Below, piece after piece: positions 36,175 to 45,193 of a DNA stretch of 64,000 nt. The stretch lies in the IMG/VR virus record IMGVR_UViG_3300008255_000099, positions 96,001-160,000 of that record, one strand, 5' to 3'. This DNA comes from a virus. Positions within the stretch are counted from its first letter, which is position 1; each line of letters starts with the position of its first letter. The position numbers and the translations under genes are program-made. The notes below the pieces were generated by a model, which was not told where the DNA came from, searched no databases, and saw only the letters and a list, made by a program, of their open reading frames with translations.

Positions 36175-38988
36175 ATGAGCTTCAATATAATATCTATTTC
36201 TGAACAAGATAAGAAATTAAATAAAGTAATAGAAGTAATTGACAAAAAAGCAAAAGAACTCGGACTAGAACATAATGATACAATTTTTGAGATTGTATCA
36301 CAAGATAGAATGAGGGAACTTTCAAGTTATGTTTTACCAATAAGATATCATCACTGGACATTCGGTCGTGATTACTACAAACATAGAACAATGGATAAAT
36401 ATGGTCGAGGTGGTAGGCTTTATGAAATGGTTATAAATAGCCAACCAGCTTATGCTTGGTTACTTGATTCAAATAGTTTAATGGAAAACAAACTTGTTGT
36501 AGCACATGTTTTCGGGCATGTTGATTTTAGCGAAAACAATATGCTGTTTAACACAACAGATAGAAGGATTGTTTCATCAGCAGCAAAAAATGCTGAAATT
36601 GTATCTGGTTATGCCTTTAAATATGGGGAAGAAGAAGTTGAACGATGGATAGATGCTTGTTTGTCACTTTCTTGGAACATAGAACTAAACACAACAAAAG
36701 TAGAAAGTAGAAAATGGATTACAAAAAAAGATTCATTGAATGTCAATGATATAAATTCAGATTTAAATAAAATGTTCGAAAATTTTGATGAGTTAGATCC
36801 TGTTTTTCTTGCTGAAAAGCTAAAAGAATTGTTGGTTTATAAACAAAAGTTAGAAGAACCAGAACCAATGATGGAAAAAGATCTTCTTCTTTATTTTATT
36901 TATAATGCAAAAAATCTTTCAAAATGGCAAAAAGATGTAATGTCAATCATCCGTGAAGAACAAAGATATTTTAGGCCAAATATTCAAACAAAAAATATTA
37001 ACGAGGGATGGAGTTGCATTACAAAAGATTCTCTAATCTCTACCAATAAAGGATTTATTCCTATTAAAGAATTATTTGAAATAAAAAATGATATTTTAAT
37101 TAGAAATTTAAATAAATTAACATCAATTAGTGATTTTTATACTTCTAATCAAGGAAAAATAATTAAATTAACACTTAGGAACGGGTTGATCATCAGGGGG
37201 CTAGAAGATCATAAAGTACAAATCTGGAATGGGGTTAATCAAGAAACCAAATTACTAAAAGACATAACAACAGATCACAAAGTTATAACTGGTCTAAACC
37301 AAAATATTTGGTCTAATAAAGATTCTAATGTAGATTTTAATATAAAATTTGATAAAAATGTTGGGGAATCTAAATTAATGCATTTGAATATGCCTGATAG
37401 AATTAATAAAGACATTTCAAGATTATTAGGATATATAGTTGCAGAAGGATGTTTTGCTAAAAGAGAAATAAGAATTGTTAATAAAGATATAAATCTACTT
37501 ATTGATGGATACAATATATGTAAAATTAACTTTAATTATGAACCAGTATTAAAAGCTAGAAAAGCTTTTAATGAAATTGGTGAATATGATTTAAAAATAT
37601 ATTCTTCTTATGTTAGAAGATTTTTTGAGTTATGTGGATTAAAAAATGTCAAATCTATTGACAAAGAGATTCCTTCCTTAATTCTTCAATCAACGAAAGA
37701 AACTATTTGTTCTTTTCTTTCAGGATTGTTTGAAGGGGATGGATGCATCTCAGTTAAGTCAAGACAATTAATTTTTATTAGTAAGTCTCAAAAGTTAGTT
37801 TTTCAAGTTGCCATGTTGATGAACAACCTTGGAATTAACACATCTTATGGTAAAAATAAAAAGAAAGGACATAAAGATTGCCATAGATTAACAATAAGCA
37901 CCAAGAAAAATCTTGAAAAATTCAGAGATGAAATTGGATTTATTTCAGACAATAAAATAGGGAAGCTTAATAATGCTATTAGTAGTTATATGTGGTCAAA
38001 GTCTAGGAATGAGCAGATAGAATTAGACGGGAACGACGAATGGCAAGCTACTGATGTTTTTTCAATTGAAGAAGATGGATTTGAAGAATGCTATGATATA
38101 ACTATTCCAGAAGGGCATGTTTATGTTGCTAATGGGATTCTTAATCATAATTCGTGGTGGCACAGAAAAATATTAATGGATTTAGATGTTGAGTGTGATT
38201 TTTTAAGAGAAGACGACGAAGACATGCATTTAAAATTTGCAGCTATGCATAGTAATGTTGTAAGCCCAACATCTCTTGGATCTTTTCATCCATATTTTGT
38301 TGGTTTTAAGATGTGGGATCATATCTTTCAAAAACTTCAAAATCCAGATGAGAATTTTAAGAAAAACCATGGAATTGAAAAACCACTAACAGAAAAAGAA
38401 GCTATTGAACAAATGAAAATTTATAGAGAGTTTAATAGTGACATTTCATTTTTTAGGAATTTTCTTGATGATGAATTAGTCGAAGAATTAGACTTATTTA
38501 ACTTCAGATTAATTCATGATGAATGGTTGGTTACCTCAAACAAACCTAAAGATGTTATAGAGAATTTATGTCATATCAAATCAAATGCTGAAATTCCACA
38601 AATTTTTATTGTTAATGACAATCATAATGATGATGGTGAACTTTATTTAATCCAAGATTATGACGGCAGATTGATAGAGGAAGAAACAATTAAAAAAGTT
38701 ATGGAATATATAGGAAAAATTTGGATTAAACCAATTCATTTAGAGTGTGTCCAAAGATATAATGATGAATTGGTTATAGATCTAAAAACAAATAAAAAAA
38801 GCTTAATAGAAGGAGACGAATATATCAAAGTATACACATATACTGGAAAAGACAAGTTAGATACTAAAACCATTCCTTTTTTCCCGAGGAGCATTTCAGA
38901 GAGAGCTAAACTTGAAGCGACCTCAACTCTTCGAAAAATTAAAGAGAATCGAAAAAGAATGGAAAATCAGATAAATAGCATCAATTAA
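36175..38988 (+). CDS. spoVR: SpoVR/YcgB family protein with intein
   Basis: LPIRYHHWTFG, LYEMVINSQPAYAWL, LVVAHVFGHVDFSENN, EKDLLLYF, KWQKDVMSIIREEQRYFRPNIQTKNINEGW, HPYFVGFKMW. Confidence 0.95.
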   Translation: MSFNIISISEQDKKLNKVIEVIDKKAKELGLEHNDTIFEIVSQDRMRELSSYVLPIRYHHWTFGRDYYKHRTMDKYGRGGRLYEMVINSQPAYAWLLDSNSLMENKLVVAHVFGHVDFSENNMLFNTTDRRIVSSAAKNAEIVSGYAFKYGEEEVERWIDACLSLSWNIELNTTKVESRKWITKKDSLNVNDINSDLNKMFENFDELDPVFLAEKLKELLVYKQKLEEPEPMMEKDLLLYFIYNAKNLSKWQKDVMSIIREEQRYFRPNIQTKNINEGWSCITKDSLISTNKGFIPIKELFEIKNDILIRNLNKLTSISDFYTSNQGKIIKLTLRNGLIIRGLEDHKVQIWNGVNQETKLLKDITTDHKVITGLNQNIWSNKDSNVDFNIKFDKNVGESKLMHLNMPDRINKDISRLLGYIVAEGCFAKREIRIVNKDINLLIDGYNICKINFNYEPVLKARKAFNEIGEYDLKIYSSYVRRFFELCGLKNVKSIDKEIPSLILQSTKETICSFLSGLFEGDGCISVKSRQLIFISKSQKLVFQVAMLMNNLGINTSYGKNKKKGHKDCHRLTISTKKNLEKFRDEIGFISDNKIGKLNNAISSYMWSKSRNEQIELDGNDEWQATDVFSIEEDGFEECYDITIPEGHVYVANGILNHNSWWHRKILMDLDVECDFLREDDEDMHLKFAAMHSNVVSPTSLGSFHPYFVGFKMWDHIFQKLQNPDENFKKNHGIEKPLTEKEAIEQMKIYREFNSDISFFRNFLDDELVEELDLFNFRLIHDEWLVTSNKPKDVIENLCHIKSNAEIPQIFIVNDNHNDDGELYLIQDYDGRLIEEETIKKVMEYIGKIWIKPIHLECVQRYNDELVIDLKTNKKSLIEGDEYIKVYTYTGKDKLDTKTIPFFPRSISERAKLEATSTLRKIKENRKRMENQINSIN
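37015..38151 (+). mobile_element. Intein in SpoVR (379 aa) with LAGLIDADG endonuclease
   Basis: NEGWS|CITKDSLI...ANGILNHN|SWWH; blocks LLGYIVAEG and FLSGLFEGDG. Confidence 0.93.
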
Positions 38989-39001
38989 GAATGGAGAAAA
39001 A

Positions 39002-39358
39002 ATGAACAAAGAAAATAAAATAGTTGATAACGAAGATATTGATTATGTAGAAGATGATGATGTAAAAGTTCTTTTAGTTAAGGGGGCAAATGCATCAAAA
39101 GATTCTGTGGTTAGGCTTGCAAGAGCAATAATGGTAAGTCTTCAACAACATAGTTATGCCGATCTTCAAGCAATAGCACCACCTGCAATCAACAGGCTTA
39201 TGAAAGCATATATAAAATCAAAGAGCATGTTTCAAGACTATGCTAATGGATACGGGTTAGTGATGCAGGCGAGTTATACAAAAACAGAAATAAATGGGAA
39301 TTTAACGACAGCAATTAGAGCAAGGATTTTTGCAGTCCCTAATGCTTATATTAGATAA
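39002..39358 (+). CDS. spoVS: SpoVS-like protein (Alba-type fold)
   Basis: VLLVK...SVVRLARAIM..LQQHSYADLQAIAPPAINRLMKA...GLVMQASY...INGNLTTAIRARI aligns with SpoVS LKV..SVAGAIA...AEIQAIGAGAVNQAVKA...DL...PAF...IDGEERTAI. Confidence 0.75.
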   Translation: MNKENKIVDNEDIDYVEDDDVKVLLVKGANASKDSVVRLARAIMVSLQQHSYADLQAIAPPAINRLMKAYIKSKSMFQDYANGYGLVMQASYTKTEINGNLTTAIRARIFAVPNAYIR

Positions 39359-39386
39359 AAAGTTAAATTAAAATATCATAAAAAAG

Positions 39387-39423
39387 ATCAGAGATACCAG
39401 AATTTGGTATCTCTGATTTTTTG
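39387..39423 (+). terminator. Intrinsic terminator closing the prkA-spoVS cassette
   Basis: ATCAGAGATACCA-GAATT-TGGTATCTCTGAT followed by T-tract; A-tract upstream makes it usable on both strands. Confidence 0.8.
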
Positions 39424-39626
39424 GTTCTTTAATTAAGTTTTCAGAAAAAGATTTTTCATAAAAAGATATGGTCTTTGTAATAATATTTTCTGGTACATAA
39501 GAATTAATCATTGAATAAGCGTCAACTGTTATGTTGCAACTTATATTATAATTAATTATCTAAAAAAAGTTGACCAAGCCTTTGTGGATCCAAAAAATCA
39601 GTGACGGTATTTGAAAAGTTTTGCAT

Positions 39627-40613
39627 TTAATCATCCAATCCTACGCACGACATTCGATCTTTTATATTTTTCATCGCTGCTATAAATCTTTTTTTAGGCA
39701 ATCCTACTTTTGTGTTTGTTAATTTCCCATTAGCAACAGTCTTAACATCAGAAGAAAGAATATATTCAACTATTTGTCTTTCATCTTCTGACATTTCTAT
39801 ATCAATAAAATAATTAAATGCTTCTGAATTATGAAAATTAATTGCTGAAATTTCACCGTCATTTTGAGTGTAATCTTCAGTTAAATTTATATATTCTTCT
39901 GATTGATCTTTTTGATATTCAGAAACACATTTTGTATGATCGTTAGAAATAAAATAATTAGGATAATCTTCTTTAAATTGCTCTAGAACAAGAGAGCTAT
40001 GAAAATTAGCAATATGCTCATAAATCTTATTCTTCTTTTTTTGTTCATCCAATCCATTAATTTTACATCTTTTTCTTGGGAGATGCTTTGGACATAGTGG
40101 GCACCCTTCATCAAATGAACTTGTTGTAATCCCTAATTCATAAAGTTTTTTGTCTGTTAACTGCTCAACATGATCTAATAAAATATGTGAAGATAGTGGT
40201 GACGTCTTTTTACTGCAAATAGGACAAATTTGTGTGGGATTTCTTTTTGCTGCATTTTGGTGTTTTATTTCATTTGAATAATGCTGCTGCAAAGTCTTAT
40301 AAAAATAGTTATTTAGAGTCCCTTGACCTTTTATTTCAACTCCACCACTTTTTAAATTTTCTTTTGTTTTAAAACAATTGATTGATTTAATAAAACAAAA
40401 TAAATAATCTGATTTAAAAACATCTTGATCAAAATTATACAACCAAGCATATTTCTTCCACCAAACATTATAATAATCTAATGGGTCGTAATGAAATATA
40501 ATTTCTTCATAAAAAGCTTCAGATTCTATATCATCATTTCTTTTTCTAGAATTTTGGTAACAAACAACAGATTCTTCAGCCGAAGAGGTTTTTATAAATT
40601 TCTTATCACTCAT
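39627..40613 (-). CDS. Divergent sigma70-like transcription factor with inserted C2H2-type zinc fingers
   Basis: DQDVFKSDYLFCFIKSINCF...LNNYFYKTLQQHYSNEIK..NAAKRNP (region-2-like), CPICSKKTSPLSSHILLDH and CPLC...HIANFH, then MSEDERQIVEYIL...(region-4-like); ATG 40613 with AGGAG SD. Confidence 0.5.
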   Translation of the reverse strand: MSDKKFIKTSSAEESVVCYQNSRKRNDDIESEAFYEEIIFHYDPLDYYNVWWKKYAWLYNFDQDVFKSDYLFCFIKSINCFKTKENLKSGGVEIKGQGTLNNYFYKTLQQHYSNEIKHQNAAKRNPTQICPICSKKTSPLSSHILLDHVEQLTDKKLYELGITTSSFDEGCPLCPKHLPRKRCKINGLDEQKKKNKIYEHIANFHSSLVLEQFKEDYPNYFISNDHTKCVSEYQKDQSEEYINLTEDYTQNDGEISAINFHNSEAFNYFIDIEMSEDERQIVEYILSSDVKTVANGKLTNTKVGLPKKRFIAAMKNIKDRMSCVGLDD

Positions 40614-40624
40614 AAGTCTCCTAA

Positions 40625-40954
40625 TCAAATTTCGATATTATCAAATTCATTCTTTTCTATTTCTTCAAAACTTTTCCCTATTATACTCGAAAAATGATCA
40701 ATTACAGACTTTTTTATAGTTTTTCCCATCATATTGTGAAATTGCAGGAAGTTGTATCTGTCGATCCCATCTGTTTTAAAGAATTCTGTGCTCCCTTTTC
40801 GGTAGGCATAAAATAATTCTGCTTCAAATCTTTCGACATCGTCACTACAATTAAAAAAATCAATTACATATAGATAATACCGTTTCCATGGCTCTTTACA
40901 AAAAGACATCCTATCTTCTTGTGATTCTGGATCACCCCAATTAGGTCTTGCCAT
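40625..40954 (-). CDS. Hypothetical protein
   Basis: 109 aa, overlaps upstream stop. Confidence 0.6.
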   Translation of the reverse strand: MARPNWGDPESQEDRMSFCKEPWKRYYLYVIDFFNCSDDVERFEAELFYAYRKGSTEFFKTDGIDRYNFLQFHNMMGKTIKKSVIDHFSSIIGKSFEEIEKNEFDNIEI

Positions 40955-42005
40955 TTTTTATTCCTTTAAGAACTTCTTCAAAAGCAGCGTCCGAAGATGG
41001 CCAACAGATATAATCGAATGGACAATAATAACAACCAAAACAATCTGCTCCATTTGCCCAAGATGGTTTTTTAGGTAATTTTCTTTTTTCAATCAAATCC
41101 CAAAGATTATTTGCTAGATTCTTTATCCCTTTAATTAAATCAGCATCTCTATCTTCAATAATATCTAAAATCTGTTGATTATCTTTGTTCTCGTACCAAA
41201 ATAAAACTTTTTCAACACTCATAGCATCCATATAGGCATTCGCCTGAATAATATGTTTTTTAATCGGTTTTCCAAGTGGATTGTGGCACCCGACTAAATG
41301 GCTGGCTAAATTTTCTCCATATTTCATGCCCTTCCCACAAATATGACATTTTTTATCTTCTGGTCTATCAAGCTGATAAGTGAATTTTGCTTGATCGTCA
41401 AAGAAAAGATACCAAAAACCTTTGTTGTTGATTGATTTTATTTCTAAAACAGTAGGCTCACCATGTTCCATAACTAAACCATCAACATGCCCAGCCAAAT
41501 GCATATCTGGCCATTCGAATGGGACCTCTGCTAAATACCACTTATCGCCTTCTCTTAATTCTTCAACTGGAGTCCATGGATTTTTTCTTTGACATCCTTC
41601 AAGCCAAACTTTTGTCCCTGGAATATAGGGGTAATCTCTGATCTTTCCTTTAATAATAATTCTTTCTTTTGGAATACGCTTATTATCTATCAAAACAAAT
41701 TCACCATCAACCATCTCAAAGGCTACTTTTGATTCTCCACTTGAAATAGAAACAACTTCGTCAAGCATTAGGACATTGGCATCTCGGCAATATGTCTGAA
41801 CTCGCTCATGCAACCAATGTCCAACATCGAATTTAAACAAATCAGATGCTGATATGTTATCATTTTCTGGGGTTGATGTTGCTTTGAAATACAAAGCTCT
41901 TGGGCATCCACCTATTTCACTTGGGTGCAAATAACTATAATCTCTATTATCATTTTCTTTTCGATCAATTAAAAGATCTGAAATCTTCATTAAAACATCG
42001 CCCAT
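40941..42005 (-). CDS. Cas4-like PD-(D/E)XK exonuclease with Fe-S cysteines
   Basis: LHPSEIGGCPR, GHWLHERVQ, AGHVDG, VLEIKS, HIIQANAYM, CFGCYYCPFDYIC. Confidence 0.85.
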   Translation of the reverse strand: MGDVLMKISDLLIDRKENDNRDYSYLHPSEIGGCPRALYFKATSTPENDNISASDLFKFDVGHWLHERVQTYCRDANVLMLDEVVSISSGESKVAFEMVDGEFVLIDNKRIPKERIIIKGKIRDYPYIPGTKVWLEGCQRKNPWTPVEELREGDKWYLAEVPFEWPDMHLAGHVDGLVMEHGEPTVLEIKSINNKGFWYLFFDDQAKFTYQLDRPEDKKCHICGKGMKYGENLASHLVGCHNPLGKPIKKHIIQANAYMDAMSVEKVLFWYENKDNQQILDIIEDRDADLIKGIKNLANNLWDLIEKRKLPKKPSWANGADCFGCYYCPFDYICWPSSDAAFEEVLKGIKNGKT

Positions 42006-42020
42006 TTGTAAACCACTCCT

Positions 42021-42788
42021 TTAACCAAGTTCTAAAATTCCATCTTTTGAATTGAGAAAATTATCAAATTGCTCCAGAAAATTATTTGTATTATTTTTTC
42101 TGAAGTAATCTTCTGCATCTAAACCCATTGGTAATAAAATTTTCTTGGATATTATCCCATATTTTTTTGTTTTCTCTGATATCTTTTCCGCAGCCTTAAT
42201 TCCAGCGTCATCAGAATCCGTCATTATTACAATTCTGTTACACAGTCTCAAAATTAAAGCTAATTGACTTTCTTTAAATGATGTTCCAGAAATAGCAACC
42301 ATTGTTTTAACACCATAATCCCAAAGTGTTATAACATCATAATATCCTTCTGTTAAAATAACATAATTATTTGAAAGAATATCTTTTCTGTTATTAAATA
42401 AACCAAATAAATTATTTGATTTTTTATAACTTTCATTAATCCATTTTCCTTTTTTCCATCTTTCAAATATCTTTTCGCCAGATTCCTCTCCATAATCTTC
42501 TAAAAAATATTTATGAACATTTTGTAAAGATTCATCCAGCCTTCTTCCGGCGAAAGCAATAATCTCTCCATATAAATTTTTTATTGGGATAATTAATCTT
42601 TCTCTCATAAATGGAGATGGGTATAAAACATCAAGAGGGCAATAACCAACAGACCAAAAGTTTATTGCGTCAGAAGATAATGGCCTATTCTCAAGAAATT
42701 TTTTTGGGGGGCCATCATCTTCTACCAAAGCTTTACAAAACATTTTTGAGATTTCTTCTCTGTCTATTTGATTTTTATTTTTATACAC
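42021..42788 (-). CDS. dnaG: DNA primase catalytic (TOPRIM) core without zinc-binding domain
   Basis: RLIIPI..GEIIAFAGR, KWINES, NLFGL, ILTEGYYDV, AISGTSF, MTDSDDAG; only 255 aa. Confidence 0.88.
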   Translation of the reverse strand: MYKNKNQIDREEISKMFCKALVEDDGPPKKFLENRPLSSDAINFWSVGYCPLDVLYPSPFMRERLIIPIKNLYGEIIAFAGRRLDESLQNVHKYFLEDYGEESGEKIFERWKKGKWINESYKKSNNLFGLFNNRKDILSNNYVILTEGYYDVITLWDYGVKTMVAISGTSFKESQLALILRLCNRIVIMTDSDDAGIKAAEKISEKTKKYGIISKKILLPMGLDAEDYFRKNNTNNFLEQFDNFLNSKDGILELG

Positions 42789-43018
42789 TTTGTTCTCTTT
42801 TCACCTCTTTCAGTATACCTCACATAGCTTGAAAGATCTACTGGAATTATTAAGTGCAAAATGAATATTAGAATCGAAGTTTCTCCATCTCTATCAATAA
42901 AATCTATTGGGATTGTTCTTCCTCCAATAGATGCTTTTATTTTCTCCGGGGAATCTAAAAGCCCCTGAATATTTCCGTCAAATTCGATTTCTATATTCAA
43001 GGGCTCTTGGATTTTCAT
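42764..43018 (-). CDS. Hypothetical protein
   Basis: 84 aa in operon between recA and primase core. Confidence 0.55.
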   Translation of the reverse strand: MKIQEPLNIEIEFDGNIQGLLDSPEKIKASIGGRTIPIDFIDRDGETSILIFILHLIIPVDLSSYVRYTERGEKRTKCIKIKIK

Positions 43019-43027
43019 GTCTATTTT

Positions 43028-44275
43028 TTACTCTTCGCTGATATCTTCTTCATCAAAAACATCATATGAATTTGATTCATCAAGATTTTCAGTTTCCATT
43101 CTTTTTTCATATGCAGCTATTACTTTGTTCTCATAATCTTCAACATCTGAAATCCCTAACTGTTCGATTAATTGTCCAAGTAAATCTTTTTCTATTAAAC
43201 CATCAAAAAATCTAAAGATATTTTTACTTGAAACTAATGCCTGATCTTTTCTCTCAACATTTGGATATTTATAAATTCCTCTTTTTGAATTAATCAATTG
43301 AGCATTAGAAATAAGATTATAAAAATTTGTGAATTCATCTGGTGGAGAATCTGTAAAGTAAATCGGGAAAAGCATTTCCCCCATCGGTCCTCTAAACCTT
43401 GTTTTTACAATTTTACAATGACTATAAGCTCCAACTAATTCTTCATCCTCATTGAAAATTCCGAATGAAGACCAACCTTGTTTAGCCATTTCATCGCTTG
43501 GTTTCCTATTTAAATAACTCTTCACAGCTAATCTAACAGATGGGAAAAATTTTAAAGCCCAACCACCAGTTGAACCTTCGTGCTGCCCAGCATAAGGATT
43601 TTGGATATTTTGAGCACGGATTTGGTTGATTAGAATCACACATATTTTTCTATTTCTCATTTTATGTGTTATTTTTCTAATTGCTTTTGACATCATAGCA
43701 GCATGTGAACCAGACTGTTGAGTGTCATCAAGTTTTCTAGTTTGTTCGATGTTAGGAGAAGCAGCAGCTATTGAATCTATTACGATTAAGCTAACATAAT
43801 CTTTTAAGTCTTTTGCATCTTCGCTCTCTTTATCTTCATCTATTCTCGGTGCAGCATCTACCAAATGAGAAACAAACTCAAAAGCTTGTTCACCACAATC
43901 AAAATAGCTTGCAACCTGAAAACTATCAGAATGGACATCTATCCCAATGTCTTTAGCCCTATCCGGGTTAAAGCTTCCTTCAAAATCGATCCAAACGGTG
44001 TTGCCACCCCTTTTTTGATTTTCAGCAGAGGTAGTCAAACCAATGTAGCTCTTTCCAGAAGCTTCTGGCCCAAAAATTTCTACTACAATTCCCATCAACG
44101 GAAACCCAGGGACATCTAAATTCATGTCCAATTCTTTAATCCCTGTTGAAATAACATCTACATTTTTTTCAAGATTATCTATATGTGTGTAATCTATAAA
44201 GGCATTCTCTTTTATTCCAGAGTCTTTTGCCGCATTCTTCAATAAAGCATCTAATGTCATCTTTGTTTTTGCCAT
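43028..44275 (-). CDS. recA: RecA/UvsX recombinase
   Basis: VISTG..ELD, VEIFGPEASGKS, WIDFEGSFNP, VIDSIAA, LINQIR, TGGWALKFFPSVRL, KIVKTRF. Confidence 0.93.
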   Translation of the reverse strand: MAKTKMTLDALLKNAAKDSGIKENAFIDYTHIDNLEKNVDVISTGIKELDMNLDVPGFPLMGIVVEIFGPEASGKSYIGLTTSAENQKRGGNTVWIDFEGSFNPDRAKDIGIDVHSDSFQVASYFDCGEQAFEFVSHLVDAAPRIDEDKESEDAKDLKDYVSLIVIDSIAAASPNIEQTRKLDDTQQSGSHAAMMSKAIRKITHKMRNRKICVILINQIRAQNIQNPYAGQHEGSTGGWALKFFPSVRLAVKSYLNRKPSDEMAKQGWSSFGIFNEDEELVGAYSHCKIVKTRFRGPMGEMLFPIYFTDSPPDEFTNFYNLISNAQLINSKRGIYKYPNVERKDQALVSSKNIFRFFDGLIEKDLLGQLIEQLGISDVEDYENKVIAAYEKRMETENLDESNSYDVFDEEDISEE

Positions 44276-44302
44276 ATCTATTCCTTTTAATTAAAAAAAA
44301 GA

Positions 44303-44334
44303 TCTTGGCTCTGGGATTTTTCCCAGAGCCAAGA
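44303..44334 (-). terminator. Intrinsic terminator after the SSB gene
   Basis: TCTTGGCTCTGGGA-4nt-TCCCAGAGCCAAGA; T8 follows on the minus strand. Confidence 0.8.
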
Positions 44335-44335
44335 G

Positions 44336-45193
44336 CTAAACAAGCCAATTAGACTCACTATCAGTAACAGCCTCTTCTTCGCCATCATCACCACTAAATT
44401 CATCTTCTGCTGATTTACTTAGTGCTCTTGATGCTCTGTCGAGGATTTCTTCATCATCATCTTCTTCTTCTGCTTCAGAAGGAGAACCAGTTGCCAACGG
44501 AGTTGGCTTTGACCAAGGAGCAATCGGCCAAAGCTTCAATGCTTCCTCTTTTGTCTTTGCATCAGGGTTAAGGGCGGTGATTGCATCCAGATCGCTTTCG
44601 GAAAGTGGTCCGATATTAGTTAAATCTGGGGTTACTTTGTAATCAGTTCCACCCTTTCTTGATGTCCTTGTTACGGTAATATCAAAATCGGGAACAGAAT
44701 CAGTCCAAGACGAAGGATCTAAGACTTTTCCTTTCGCTTCCATTTTTTCAACAAAATTTTGTATTTGATCTAAAACGGTTGCCGGAGCATCTAAAATCCT
44801 AACAGTTCCTGTCTCTCTATCTAAGACATTGCAAAGATATCTAAGCTGTCTTGAATAACCCCTTGAAGTCCAAGGACAATTCGGGTCTTCAATCGGCTTA
44901 CCTGTCTCTTCATCTATTTTGCAAAATGAATTTCTACTTTTAGATCTGTTGAATTCAGCATCAGGGAATGGTGCATCTTTCAAAATGTTCTTTCCATCTG
45001 GACCCTTAACCCTTTTCTTCCCCCAATGGACAAGAACAGGAGTCGGCACTTCTAGAAATCTAATAGTATATGAGGCAAAAGAACCTTGTTCTTTATCAAC
45101 ATATAATCTTAAAAACAATTCATTGAAATCAATTCCGCCACGATTGGCATTCATATTCTTACTGGTTAAACCAACTGTACTCCAACTTCTCAT
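44336..45193 (-). CDS. Single-stranded DNA-binding protein, T4 gp32-like
   Basis: IRFL...VHW, RYLCNVLDRE..VRILD, FDITVTR...GTDYKV, strongly acidic tail ending NWLV; upstream of recA; AAGGAGG SD. Confidence 0.7.
   Translation of the reverse strand: MRSWSTVGLTSKNMNANRGGIDFNELFLRLYVDKEQGSFASYTIRFLEVPTPVLVHWGKKRVKGPDGKNILKDAPFPDAEFNRSKSRNSFCKIDEETGKPIEDPNCPWTSRGYSRQLRYLCNVLDRETGTVRILDAPATVLDQIQNFVEKMEAKGKVLDPSSWTDSVPDFDITVTRTSRKGGTDYKVTPDLTNIGPLSESDLDAITALNPDAKTKEEALKLWPIAPWSKPTPLATGSPSEAEEEDDDEEILDRASRALSKSAEDEFSGDDGEEEAVTDSESNWLV

Noticed and set aside
39368-39626. Possible frameshifted gene after the sigma-like ORF (TAAATG-coupled 24-codon ORF, +1 frame continues)
   Set aside because: The continuation runs through the terminator hairpin and has no recognisable motif or slippery site; cannot be supported.
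41536-41630. Intein-like words in the Cas4-like gene (PGTKVW...TPVEELREGD)
   Set aside because: No N-terminal Cys/Ser at the expected position and no HN/C-terminal block; at most a remnant or chance resemblance.
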